This document shows positions 13,219 to 25,079 of a stretch of DNA of 64,000 bases, piece by piece (position 1 is the first letter of the stretch; the number at the start of each line of letters is the position of its first letter). The DNA is from Eledone cirrhosa. Its lineage: Eukaryota. The notes under the pieces are model-generated. The model made no database searches. It worked only from the letters and a program-made list of their open reading frames with translations, and had not been told where the DNA came from. Location of the stretch: assembly GCA_964016885.1 (NCBI GenBank), contig OZ024747.1, forward strand, positions 79,670,001 through 79,734,000. The letters run 5' to 3'. The position numbers were made by a program, and so were the translations under genes.

Positions 13219-15197
13219 ATCTATAATCTTATGATAGTAAATCTTTCGACTTTGATAGCGACTAATGGCTTTCACTTTGTTTCATATCATCCATAATATG
13301 TCGATCTTTCTCATTTAGGCTTTCGTTATCGCCTGTTCCCAACTTTTGAGGACCACAAGTCAGGTTTTCGTTCTTTCGACTATCACTTTCCGTTTCATAC
13401 CATCCAATGTCGTTCATTCTCATTTAGCGACTAGACTTTTACACTATCCACAATGTGTCGTTCTTTCTCATTTGTTTTCATCACCTGTCCCAACCAAAAT
13501 TCACCGATCGTCAGAAATCTGTTACTGCAGAACTCAAATATCCATTAGTTTCTCACAATTTACAAACAATATATAAACTGTCAATTTGGCTCTAACGAAA
13601 TTGTTTTTACACAAGTCGGATCAAATTTGCCAAGACATTTAGGTACTGAAAAAACACATTTCAGTGCGAAATAATTTTTCCTCTGTATAAAATTTTTTAG
13701 AAAGTTAATTATATTTATAATTTCATTCATTCTTAGAGATGAATTTAACCACCAACCCGTCTGGTTTACTTTTAACAATTTGCATTTTATTTTCAACGAA
13801 TAGGCTGTGTACTCAATACATTTGTTAGAAGTGAATAGATGTTATTGCAAAACAGATTATTTCCTTATATTATGACAAGCAAAACTTCACCCTCTTTTTT
13901 TCTCTAATAATAAATGAGGTGCTTTTTCAGTTTTAATATTTTCGACTATGTAGGATTATACATAACATCCATACCTGTCTGGTTTACTCAAAACTTCACT
14001 CTTTTTTTTCTCTAATACTATATGAGGTGCTTTTTCAGTTAATATTCATTTGCCAAAACAGATTATTTCCTTATTTTATGACTACAAGCAAAACTTCACT
14101 TTTTTTTTCCCTGTATTTAGAAAGTTAAGTTAATTATATTTATATTTTCAGAGATGAATTTAACCACCAACCTGTCTGGTTTACTTTTAACAATTTGCAT
14201 TTTATTTTCAACGAATAGGCTGTAATTGTGCCTTGCCAAAACAGATATTTCCTTTTTTTCTGGTGCTTTCTTTTTCAGTTAATATTCTCGACTATGTAGC
14301 ATTATACATACCTGTCTGGTTTACTCAACCAATATGAGGTACTTTTTCAGTTAATAATTTCGACTATGTAGGATTGATTATAAATAACATCCATACCCGT
14401 CTGGTTTTTAACCATTTGAAGTCGGTAAACCCTAAAGGGGCGGAACACATCAAGTGGTTCACCAGCCCCTTCTTTCCTCAATCAATCATGTGTATGTAAT
14501 AATTATTAATGTCTGAATATATATGAGTACATTATTGTGTGTTCTGTTGTCTATGTTTACGCGTAGTATTGTGTGGGGTCTGCACTTATGTTGCGTATTT
14601 ACGCGTAGATGTGTGTATGTAACTAACTAAAGCGTAACGTATACAACTAACTAAAAGATCTCGAATGTTTTTACTCAGACCGTAAAGCCGCAACTAATAA
14701 TTGTTTCTACTTTAGGCACAAGGCCAGTGAATTACTGGTACTTTATTTGTAAGGATGAAAGGCAAAGTTAACCTCGGACTATATAATAATGATGGTTACT
14801 CTCTTCCTAATTTCAATCGTTTCCAACTGGTATTTTACAGTAAACAAAGGCACAGCGAAGTTTTCACGTAGTTCGATTTATCTACTAAAACAACCAAATC
14901 TCAAATCACTCCTACCCCATAATTTAATTTGATTATATGCGACTTGATACTTCGGCTATTTTCAGATCGATCGCAGAGGGGCGGGGTTAGATGAATAAAA
15001 ACTCCTGTCGTAGAATAGGCAGTTATCAAAATATTCTCGGAATACAAGAATATTTCGCTGACAAGTGTGGAACTATTTTTGATAAGACGCAAAGCCAGCT
15101 GCAGTCGTTATGCAAAATACATCAAATATATAGAAAAAAAACTTTTACAGATTAATAATCGCATTCAATCGGGAGAAAACTATACGTAAAATGTAGT

Positions 15198-15213
15198 GGC
15201 CCTAAAAAGGGCC
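15198..15213 (-). terminator. Histone 3' stem-loop (H2A copy 1)
   Basis: Minus strand GGCCCT-TTTT-AGGGCC. Confidence 0.95.
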
Positions 15214-15238
15214 GTTTGTTTAAAGAAAATTTAGTAAT

Positions 15239-15616
15239 TTACTTAGCTGCTTTCTGGGTCTTCTTGGGGAGAAGTACAGCCTGGATGTTGGGAAGAACAC
15301 CACCCTGGGCAATGGTCACTCCGGACAAGAGTTTGTTCAACTCTTCGTCATTACGGATGGCCAACTGCAAGTGACGAGGAATAATTCTGGATTTCTTGTT
15401 GTCTCTGGCAGCATTTCCTGCCAATTCCAACACCTCAGCAGCCAAATATTCCATTACTGCGGCCAAGTAGACTGGGGCACCTGCACCAACACGTTGGGCA
15501 TAGTTTCCTTTACGGAGAAGACGATGGATACGACCAACGGGGAACTGAAGTCCGGCACGGGATGAACGAGTCTTGCTCTTTCCTTTCGCTTTTCCTCCTT
15601 TACCACGTCCAGACAT
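15239..15616 (-). CDS. H2A: Histone H2A, 125 aa (Leu51-type)
   Basis: [32 protein letters not shown]...[13 protein letters not shown]. Confidence 0.99.
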   Translation of the reverse strand: MSGRGKGGKAKGKSKTRSSRAGLQFPVGRIHRLLRKGNYAQRVGAGAPVYLAAVMEYLAAEVLELAGNAARDNKKSRIIPRHLQLAIRNDEELNKLLSGVTIAQGGVLPNIQAVLLPKKTQKAAK

Positions 15617-15683
15617 GATAGATAGTTGGTTGAAGTTGATTGCTGTCTAAATAACAAATGATAGTTAAGTTACTCTTATCTTC

Positions 15684-15785
15684 CTTTAAATACACTTCAG
15701 TAGGCTCCAGCAGTCAACAAGTTGTTGGATAAAGTCGAGTTGTCACATGACTTACATATTTTCTTAAATTTCAGCCAATGAAATC
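15684..15785 (-). promoter_or_regulatory. H2A promoter: TATA-like TATTTAAA, CTGGAGCCTACT element, E-box GTCACATGAC, CCAAT box
   Basis: Motifs at about 15685-92, 15699-710, 15742-51 and 15775-79; shared with the other histone promoters. Confidence 0.65.
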
Positions 15786-16226
15786 GCAGGCCGCCTAATT
15801 CAAATTTTAAACATTTCTATTGTAATATTTGACAATACAACCAGAGACCATGACACTCCCTTTCATCTGGTACACTTGAGCCCTTCCCTTTCCGTTTTTA
15901 TATCTTACTTTACATTCCATTCTTTAATCTCAATCTATTTTTCTAATATCTAGTTATACGAAATTACTGTTTAATTATCGTAAAGACTTATTTATTCGAC
16001 AAATTTCAATTCGGTTATATAATGTTTGCAATAACAAAAACAGGAGGGAAAAGGTTTAAGGGAAGGGAGAAAGGCAATGTTTAAATAAACGAGGAAAAAA
16101 AACTGGAAACTTAGGGAATACCAAACAGTACTAAAAAAATTACCGATTGTGTTGAAAAATGGATTAGTAAAGAACATTTCAGACAAATTCGTAATTTATT
16201 TTAATGTATTTTGACGTTATATAACT

Positions 16227-16394
16227 TAATTGTTTCTACTTTTTGGCACAAGGCCAGCAGTTACCTAATGTATTACTGGTACTTTATTTTATCGACCCCG
16301 TAAGGATGAAAGGCAAAGTTAACCTCGGCGGGATTTGAACTCAGATCATAAAGGGACGTAACTATGCTTCAAAGCATGGTGTCCGACTCTCTAC
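16227..16394 (-). mobile_element. SINE family 1
   Basis: Matches 3108-3299. Further copies at about 14697-14778(-), 20313-20468(+), 22987-23125(-). Confidence 0.8.
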
Positions 16395-17047
16395 GTTATA
16401 TAACTTAATGAAGTATATTTATGTTGATTGTTTTTTCGACAAATTATATAATAAATATAAGTATGTATACGTACATAGAAATTTCATTTTTTCCATTTAT
16501 ATTATAAAATTGTGTAATTATCGTAATAGGACAGTTACAAAAAACAATTTAATATTTAGTCAAACAGAAAAAGAAATGTTAAATGAGAGGATTCTTAGGA
16601 AACAGGTGACAATACATCCACGTATAAATATACGCAGCATTATAGTTTACAGAATATTTAATTTACGTCTTTATAAAGCATGAAAGCCACTCTAATTTAC
16701 AACCAAGTTTAATATAAAAGAAATAGTCACCCTCATTTTATGTCAGATTTAAAGGGATAATGATTATGTTGCCATATTCATAAAATAATACTTTCCAATT
16801 TTTGTCCTGTCATCTTTGATAATTCATTCCCACCTTAAAAGGCTATGTTTTTCTTTAAATCAATATTTTTCAGTGCAGTTCAGCCTGCATTCAACTACAA
16901 AAACTCAGATAATTACACATTGTAGACTACCGAAAACTAGCTACACGCGGGTCCCTAATAATAGCGGGGTGGCATGGAAATCGCTAATTTTTCTAGGTTG
17001 TCTGTTGAATTTATTATTTTTTCTTTTTAAGAATTAGTCGTTTAACC

Positions 17048-17306
17048 CAGGGGTTCTCAACCTTTTTTTCGCTGTGGACCACCTAAACTTTTAAATCTTT
17101 TGTAATAGAACTCTTACTTATAAGCATCAGTAGATGTTTTTTTTTTTCAATGAATTAGAAAATGCTATTATCATGTCGCAATGCCTAAAAATCTACGCAA
17201 ATAAACAGCTGAAGTCGTACTTATGCAAAGAATAAGAACAGCGCTTTAAGTCAAATGCATGTCAGAAATTTTCTGTGGTCCACATGGACCAGGTTGAGAA
17301 CCCCTG
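17048..17306. mobile_element. hAT-superfamily MITE, 259 bp
   Basis: 16-bp TIR CAGGGGTTCTCAACCT / AGGTTGAGAACCCCTG; perfect 8-bp TSD GTTTAACC (17040-47, 17307-14). Confidence 0.93.
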
Positions 17307-17709
17307 GTTTAACCCATCCTATTTATTTTATAACATGGGATTTCTTGTAATGTACTTTTTTTTTCAGGTATAATGATTTTTAATGTATAAAGAAAATAAA
17401 TTGTCGCAGGATTGCTACCACTTATGATTAAATTGCGCCAGATATAGAGTAGCTACATTTAATAAGCGGAGGGCAAGGCGATTATTCAAGACCCGAGAGT
17501 AATTTTTGGTTGGAAATTAATATATTGATAACTAAGTTTAGGAGAAAAGAAATGTATTTTGAATACTTAAATTTAAGATTAGTCTAAAATATCAAAAACT
17601 GGAAGCAACTAAACAGTAATAAAGCGTTCAATATGAATTGATGTCCAGAAAACTTATTTTTGTTATTTGACATGACAATTTAAGTGAAAATATATTTAAT
17701 AACCTTTAC

Positions 17710-18225
17710 CTCCTTATGGTCGCTGGATTTGCTAGAAATAACAGGCATCTCTAAATTACATCACACCGAATCATGGTAAATAGACTTGATTTGCCTAACA
17801 CGACTTGGCGATAACTCAATTTAATACAAATAACCAAATCTTATTTTAAAAGAACCACACTGCTTCATGGTAACTGAGCTTACTAGAAATAGCAGTAAAA
17901 TATCCTTTTAAATTACTTTACCACGGCTTCATGGTAGCTAGATTTAACAAAATAGCTAAACTTTACTTTATCACACCGCTTCATTCTCCCATTAAATTAC
18001 ATCGCTTTGTAGTCATTAAACATGCTAGAAATAGCAGCCAAATCTCTTTAAAGACGCCCATGTTTGCCGGATTTGTTAAAAAATAACAGTTCAGCTAAAT
18101 ACCTTTAAATTACATCACACTACTTCGTAGTAACTCAATTTACTAGAAAGTAAAATTTATAAATTAAATCGAACCATTTTATAGCAGCACTAATAGGAAT
18201 GGCAGACAAATCTCCCTTTAAATTA
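17710..18225. repeat. Old degenerate tandem array (about 60-65 bp units) built on GCTAGAAATAGCAGCCAAATCT
   Basis: Recurring catggta..ctagaaatagc..aaatct..aaattacatcacacc; core motif also dispersed at about 2675, 3710, 11300, 11720, 21150, 60160. Confidence 0.6.
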
Positions 18226-18579
18226 TATTACACATCTACATAGTGATGTCAGTGTAAACAATTGCGGCCAGCCTTATAAAACTGGTGTTAATGGAATTCC
18301 AACTGAAGCAACTTGAGAAGAGTATATTCTAACAAAAACTTTCACCTAAATTCTTATTCAACAGTATACGTAGTATAAAGGTCTCCTTGGGGTTTCCTAA
18401 CTTCTATAATGAAATTTTGCAGATATATCAAATATAAAGATCGTTTGACTAATAAACATTTAACGCGGGAAGATGAACTTTTAGAATAAACTATTTAGGA
18501 TGCAGGTTAACTATAGATATGCTAAGAGATTGACTCGTATATCATCGAATAGATAGAATACTTCCAATATAATATAGGG

Positions 18580-18595
18580 GGCCCTAAAAAGGGCC
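18580..18595 (-). terminator. Histone 3' stem-loop (H3)
   Basis: Minus strand GGCCCT-TTTT-AGGGCC. Confidence 0.95.
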
Positions 18596-18623
18596 TTTTT
18601 ACGATGTTTAAAGTTGTAACATC

Positions 18624-19043
<420 letters not shown>

Positions 19044-19084
19044 TCAGCGAAGTTGACGAGTAATTGATCCCTGGAATGTAGCAG

Positions 19085-19255
19085 CTTATATAGAGACGGT
19101 TAAACAAATAAAATTTTGGCGGTTAGACAGCTACTTGACAAATTATAATCAGCAGCTGTCCGCCAAAACATCTGCCGCTGTTCATTTGCTGATTTTTGAA
19201 CACGTGATTTCTTTATAGTGTTCTCTGCTACGTCCGTTGAAACGTAAATATATAG
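19085..19255. promoter_or_regulatory. Bidirectional H3/H4 promoter
   Basis: 270-bp head-to-head gap; TATA-like boxes near 19085 and 19248; inverted TTTTGGCGG/CCGCCAAAA (E2F-like) pair; CACGTGAT at 19201; CTACTTGACAA at 19131. Confidence 0.65.
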
Positions 19256-19298
19256 ACTTAGCATAATTCAGAAGTTTCATCTTGCTGTTATTTTGTAA

Positions 19299-19616
<318 letters not shown>

Positions 19617-19644
19617 GCTAAATATCTTTTAGCCTCATGTCACC

Positions 19645-19660
19645 GGCCCTTTTCAGGGCC
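19645..19660 (+). terminator. Histone 3' stem-loop (H4)
   Basis: GGCCCT-TTTC-AGGGCC. Confidence 0.95.
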
Positions 19661-21393
19661 ACCTATATTTTCATTTAAGTCACCTTACAAACATCAACGA
19701 TGTGCTTTTTACTTATTCGGTATAAATCTTTAATATTCTTAGTATGTTATCGCTTTCCACTATTTAAATTTAATTCTGAACCTAGCATTTATTGACTTAT
19801 TGGACAAACAATGTCCTTATATGACCCCCATCCTGCTTTGTTTCTTCAAAATGCATTAGTAATTAGTACAGATATTTCGTTATTTTCATTTAAGTCGCCT
19901 TACTACGTCAACGTTGTGCTTTTAGTGTTTGAAAATTATTTCAATAAATCCTTGTATTTTGGTCGCTTAAATACAAAGTATTCTTTGGTTGTCAATTGGA
20001 TATTTACATGTGCGTCACTTTTATATCTATTGTGTTGGCGGTTTTTTACAAACACTGGGTCATCCCATTCATTTTATCGTAAATTCACATTACCATCTGC
20101 CTTATATATATACATCTATCATATTAAGTCCACATTTATACTTATAAGCGAATCTATATAGCATGTTAGCTTTCTAGAAATTATATACGTAGAGGATCGG
20201 ACGCCGCTTTGCGGCCTTTTCAAACTCCAAACCTTACCATTGTTTGGAAAGGGTAACCTGAGGAGCAATTTCCTGGATATCATGATTTGTCTATTTTATA
20301 TTTTTATGTAAAGGTGGATTGGCAGTATCGGTAGAGCGTCGCCCTTTATGTTCTGAATTCAAATCCCGCCGAGGTTACTTTGCCTTTCATCCTTACGGGT
20401 CGATGAAATAAAATACCAGTAATACACTGAGATAATTGCTGACCTTGTGCCAAAAGTAGAAAGAGTTATATATACATAGCGTCGTAAATTACATTGCTTA
20501 TCAACTAAGCTAAATACTTATATTTCAGGTATATAAATTAAGGGGCTCTTTGGAATCGAAAAGCCTGGTCACTTGATAGGCAATGCAGTGTTGTTTTTTT
20601 TGCTAGGAATATACTTAAATAAAGACTTCATTTAACCATCTCACTCACATTTTGAACATTATCGCCTACTTTCCCTTCTGACAGCTAATAGCATGGCAGT
20701 GCCCCTAGTTTTTAATATTTCTTCCAAGCCGACCTATGATCAGATTTTATAAACACTAATAATTTTGAAATATTATTAGACGTCTACCTATGGTCAGATT
20801 ACAGGTATGACAATCCATATATTGAGTTAACATTGCTATTTTATACAACTAAGTTGTTCGATCTGCTAAATCGTTCCTCGCCGACCAATGATCAAGGGAT
20901 TTCAGAAGATAAAATCAAAATACAAACAGGCAGCAAACTAAAACGTAAAATGTAGTTGCCCTAAAAGACCGAAAATTACTGAAAACAAATTATGTAAATA
21001 CATGAATAAGTACAAAAGTAATAAAAAAAAAATGACCAACATTACTTTAAACTAACCTTTACTAGTACAATATATCTATTTCTAGCAGATCGAGCTACCA
21101 TGCAGTGGCTCGTTAAAGTCAAATAACGGCAGTATATGATGCACGATTTGCTAGAAATAGCAGCCAAATCATAATGTATTGTTAGTCCTAGATGAGCTAT
21201 TATACTTGGAATCCCTTTAATTAGTCGGAGAAAATATATTAGATATTCATGGTTGAATATATGGGAAAAGTAATTGTACCTTTTTCTTTTTCTGAAATAC
21301 CTTAGCAATAAGAAAAAAAATGTACATATATACACTGATAAGACACAAAATCGCAATCAATGAACGGGTAGTAAACTATACGTAAAATGTAGT

Positions 21394-21409
21394 GGCCCTA
21401 AAAAGGACC
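21394..21409 (-). terminator. Histone 3' stem-loop (H2A copy 2)
   Basis: Minus strand GGTCCT-TTTT-AGGGCC. Confidence 0.93.
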
Positions 21410-21445
21410 GTTTGTAACAAAATAAATACATTTTAATTAATGCAT

Positions 21446-21823
21446 TTACTTGGCGGCTTTCTGGGTCTTCTTGGGGAGAAGTACAGCCTGGATGTTGGGA
21501 AGAACACCACCCTGGGCAATGGTCACTCCGGACAAGAGTTTGTTCAACTCTTCGTCATTACGGATGGCCAACTGCAAGTGACGAGGAATAATTCTGGATT
21601 TCTTGTTGTCTCTGGCAGCATTTCCTGCCAATTCCAACACCTCAGCAGCCAAATATTCCATTACTGCGGCCATGTAGACTGGGGCACCAGCACCAACACG
21701 TTGGGCATAGTTTCCTTTCCGGAGAAGACGGTGGATACGACCAACGGGGAACTGAAGTCCGGCACGGGATGAACGAGTCTTGCTCTTTCCCTTCACTTTT
21801 CCTCCTTTACCACGTCCAGACAT
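21446..21823 (-). CDS. H2A: Histone H2A, 125 aa (Met51-type)
   Basis: True ATG at 21823; [15 protein letters not shown]...[12 protein letters not shown]...QKAAK. Confidence 0.99.
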   Translation of the reverse strand: MSGRGKGGKVKGKSKTRSSRAGLQFPVGRIHRLLRKGNYAQRVGAGAPVYMAAVMEYLAAEVLELAGNAARDNKKSRIIPRHLQLAIRNDEELNKLLSGVTIAQGGVLPNIQAVLLPKKTQKAAK

Positions 21824-21884
21824 GATGATAGATATAGTTTGATCGATGTAAGTACCGAGTATGAACTGAGACACTAAATTTTGG

Positions 21885-22051
21885 TTATAAATACACAACA
21901 ATCGGCTCGAAAATAAGTCAGTTGCTAAAGATGTGGGCGAATTGTAGCTGTGGTCACATGATTTACTCAGCTAACAATTTCCACCAATGAAATTACAGAG
22001 CGCTAAATTAGAGAAACTTGCGCTGGTGAGCCTACTTGTCAACTATAAATA
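21885..22051. promoter_or_regulatory. Bidirectional H2A/H2B promoter
   Basis: TATTTATAA on minus strand, E-box GTCACATGAT at 21953, CCAAT at 21984, 29-nt element with TATA at 22023-22051. Confidence 0.75.
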
Positions 22052-22092
22052 TAATCGTGAGCAAATATAAACATTGTCAATTGATAGTAATC

Positions 22093-22473
22093 ATGCCACC
22101 AGCAGCAGCAGCAGCAGCACCATCCAAAGGGGCGAAGAAGGCAGCTAAGGCTAAACCTACACGTACTGGAGATAAGAAACGTAAGAGGAAGAGGAAGGAA
22201 AGCTACTCCATCTATATTTACAAAGTAATGAAACAAGTCCATCCCGACACTGGTATCTCCAGTAAAGCTATGTCTATCATGAACAGTTTTGTTAACGATC
22301 TATTCGAAAGAATAGCTAGTGAGGCCAGTCGTTTGGCTCACTACAACAAACGTTCAACTATCAGTAGCCGTGAGGTACAGACTGCTGTCCGTCTTCTCCT
22401 CCCTGGTGAGTTGGCCAAACACGCCGTCTCTGAGGGTACCAAGGCTGTTACCAAGTACACCAGCAGCAAATAG
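22093..22473 (+). CDS. H2B: Histone H2B, 126 aa, poly-Ala N-terminus
   Basis: ATG at 22093; [16 protein letters not shown]...[20 protein letters not shown]...KYTSSK. Confidence 0.98.
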   Translation: MPPAAAAAAPSKGAKKAAKAKPTRTGDKKRKRKRKESYSIYIYKVMKQVHPDTGISSKAMSIMNSFVNDLFERIASEASRLAHYNKRSTISSREVQTAVRLLLPGELAKHAVSEGTKAVTKYTSSK

Positions 22474-22504
22474 AAAGTTACTATTGCATGTTAAACAAAA
22501 CAAC

Positions 22505-22520
22505 GGTCCTTTTTAGGGCC
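22505..22520 (+). terminator. Histone 3' stem-loop (H2B copy 2)
   Basis: GGTCCT-TTTT-AGGGCC. Confidence 0.93.
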
Positions 22521-25079
22521 TTCAAAATGTGTCCTAAGTTGTCTCTCCGAATTTTGTCACTATATGCGATGCCTGTTGATCGTTTGAAATCTAGGAGGTT
22601 GCTCCTAAATTTACTGCTATTTATAGGCGTTCTAACAACGACTCTTGGGTCTCAAATTAATCGCCCCCTTCTCCCCGCTTGTTAAATGTTGATAATCTAT
22701 CTCTGGTAGTATTCTCTTTCTTCGCCCACTTATTCGTGGTGTGGTTTGGTGAAGTTTCTACAAAGATAGTCATTTTCGACAGGTTTCCATGTCATAATTA
22801 TTGATTTAAGTGGAAAAAAAATAGTCAATGTGGAGCACCTTTAATGTCAGATTGGGTGGTAAGCACACTCTCAAAAAAAAAAAAAGGAAACGGGAAGAAA
22901 ATGTTTCACACCAAGATCAATAGCTTGGTTTGGTGAAGTTATGAAATGGAAACCAATTGTAAACTAGATTCCCATGTCATTCATTAATAATTGTTTCTAC
23001 TTTAGGCATAAGGCCAGCAAATACCCAGTGCATTACTGGTACTTTATTTTATCGACCCCGTAAGGATGAAAGGCAAAGTCAACCTCGACGGGATTTGAAC
23101 TCAGATCGTAAAGGGACGTAACTATGATGGGAAAATAGTCATTTGCAAGCACCTTTGATAGTTTGAGGTGGTAAACAGATAAAAAAACAAGAAAGTAGCA
23201 AATTTGTCACATTGATGTCCATACCGTGGTGTGATGTAAATGTAGCTGTTTTGTAGTAAATTTAACAGTGAAGTATGGTTATGGTGTGGATTGAGGGAGA
23301 TTAATGTGCTTTGTTATAAGTGAGGATTTAAATTTCCACTTTGATTTATGTTAGAAAAAAATGTTTTCCTTTTGTGTCAGCGTAAGCGATTGTGTCAACA
23401 TTTGCGCTAGCGTTAGTGCCAGCATAGCCATCTTCGTTGGTGTTAGTGTTAGTGTTCAGGTTAATGTTGACTTAGTTTTCAGGTTAGGGCTCGTGTTACT
23501 GCTCAGGTTAGTGGTTTATGGTAGTGTTAGTGTTCAGGTTAATGTCAGTTTTAGTGTTAGTGCTAGTCTTTGTTTTTCTGTTGAGGTTAATGTTAGCTTA
23601 GTTTTCTGGTTAGTATCAGTTTTTATGGTTGTGTTAGCATTAGTCTTTGTTTTTGTGTTAATGTTAGCTTAGTTTTCAGTTTAGTGTAAGTGTTCGTGTT
23701 TACGGTAGTGTTAGTTTTAGTGCTGGTGTTCAGGTTAGTGTTCTATTTAATGTTAGTTTTTGTGTGTGTGTTAGGGTAAGTGTTATTTTTAAAGTTCGGT
23801 TTTAGCTTAAAGTCAGGTTTTCTACTTTCCAGGAAAAAAGTTGATCCTCTCTAACTTGAGTGGTGTGATATAGTGTGGTAAAGTATAGTGTTTCATAGTC
23901 TTGTGTGGTGTAGTATGGTATATTGTTTCATAGCATGGTCTGATGTGAGGTTGTACAGTGTTTCGTAGTGTGGTGTGGTATGGTATAGGTTGATGTAGTG
24001 TGGCTTAGTTTGATTATAATAATACAAATAATAATTGTTCTTGTTGTTCATTTTCTTTGTTTTCTTCTGTGCCTTTATCTTCTCTGCCATCTAAATACCA
24101 AAAACAAAGAATGTAAAACATGTATGTTGCCTATCTCTCAGACTTTACAAAGTGCTGAGGAGATAAAGTTAATTTAAAGAGCAGTGTGCTCATATAATGT
24201 AGCTTATAAGCTATTTCATAACTAAAAAACAATGTCAAACATCAAGAGTATATACAAATATCTTTGAATGTTTAAGTTAAACCTAAATAGATCGTATCTA
24301 AAGGTCATTAGGTTAAGACTGAACTAAGATCATATCTATAAATCATTAGGTTTAGACTGAACTGAGATCATACTTTCTTCTTTTCGTCATCTTCGTTTCC
24401 CGTGTCTTCTTTGTCTTTGTTGTCACTTTCATTTTAGTCGTCTGCTTCGTTGTCTTTTTCTTCTTTTCCATCTAAATATAAAAAAAATTGTAAACAAATA
24501 TATAGCTGATCTCTCAGACTTTCACGAAACACCGAGGAGATACAGTTAATATAACGAGTCGGGAGCTCATATATATATATGGTATAGCATGGTGTCAATT
24601 TGGAGCACCTTTATTGTCAGATTGGGTGGTACGCACACACACACAAAAAAAAAAAAGGAAACGGGAAGAAAATGTTTCACACCAAGATCAATAGCTTGGT
24701 GTGATGTAGTATGGTGTGGTTTGGTTTGGTTTGGTGAAGTTATGAAATGGAAACCAATTGTAAACGATAGATTCCCATGTCAGTCATTTGCAAGCACCTT
24801 TGATGTTAGTTTGAGGTGGTAACCAAAAAAAAAAAGCAGGTAGCAAATTTGTCACATTAATGTCCATGTGATGTAAATGGTGTGTGTAGGTGTTCCGTAA
24901 TAAATTTACCATATAGTGAAGTATATGGTGTGGATTGAGGTAGATTAATGTGCTGTGGTGTGCTTTGTTATAAGTGAGGATTTAAATTTCCACTTTGATC
25001 TATGTCAGAAAAAAAATTTTTCCTTCATTTTTGCATGTGTTAACTTCCAAGAAGCTCGCAGTGGACTATCCATTTAGCA

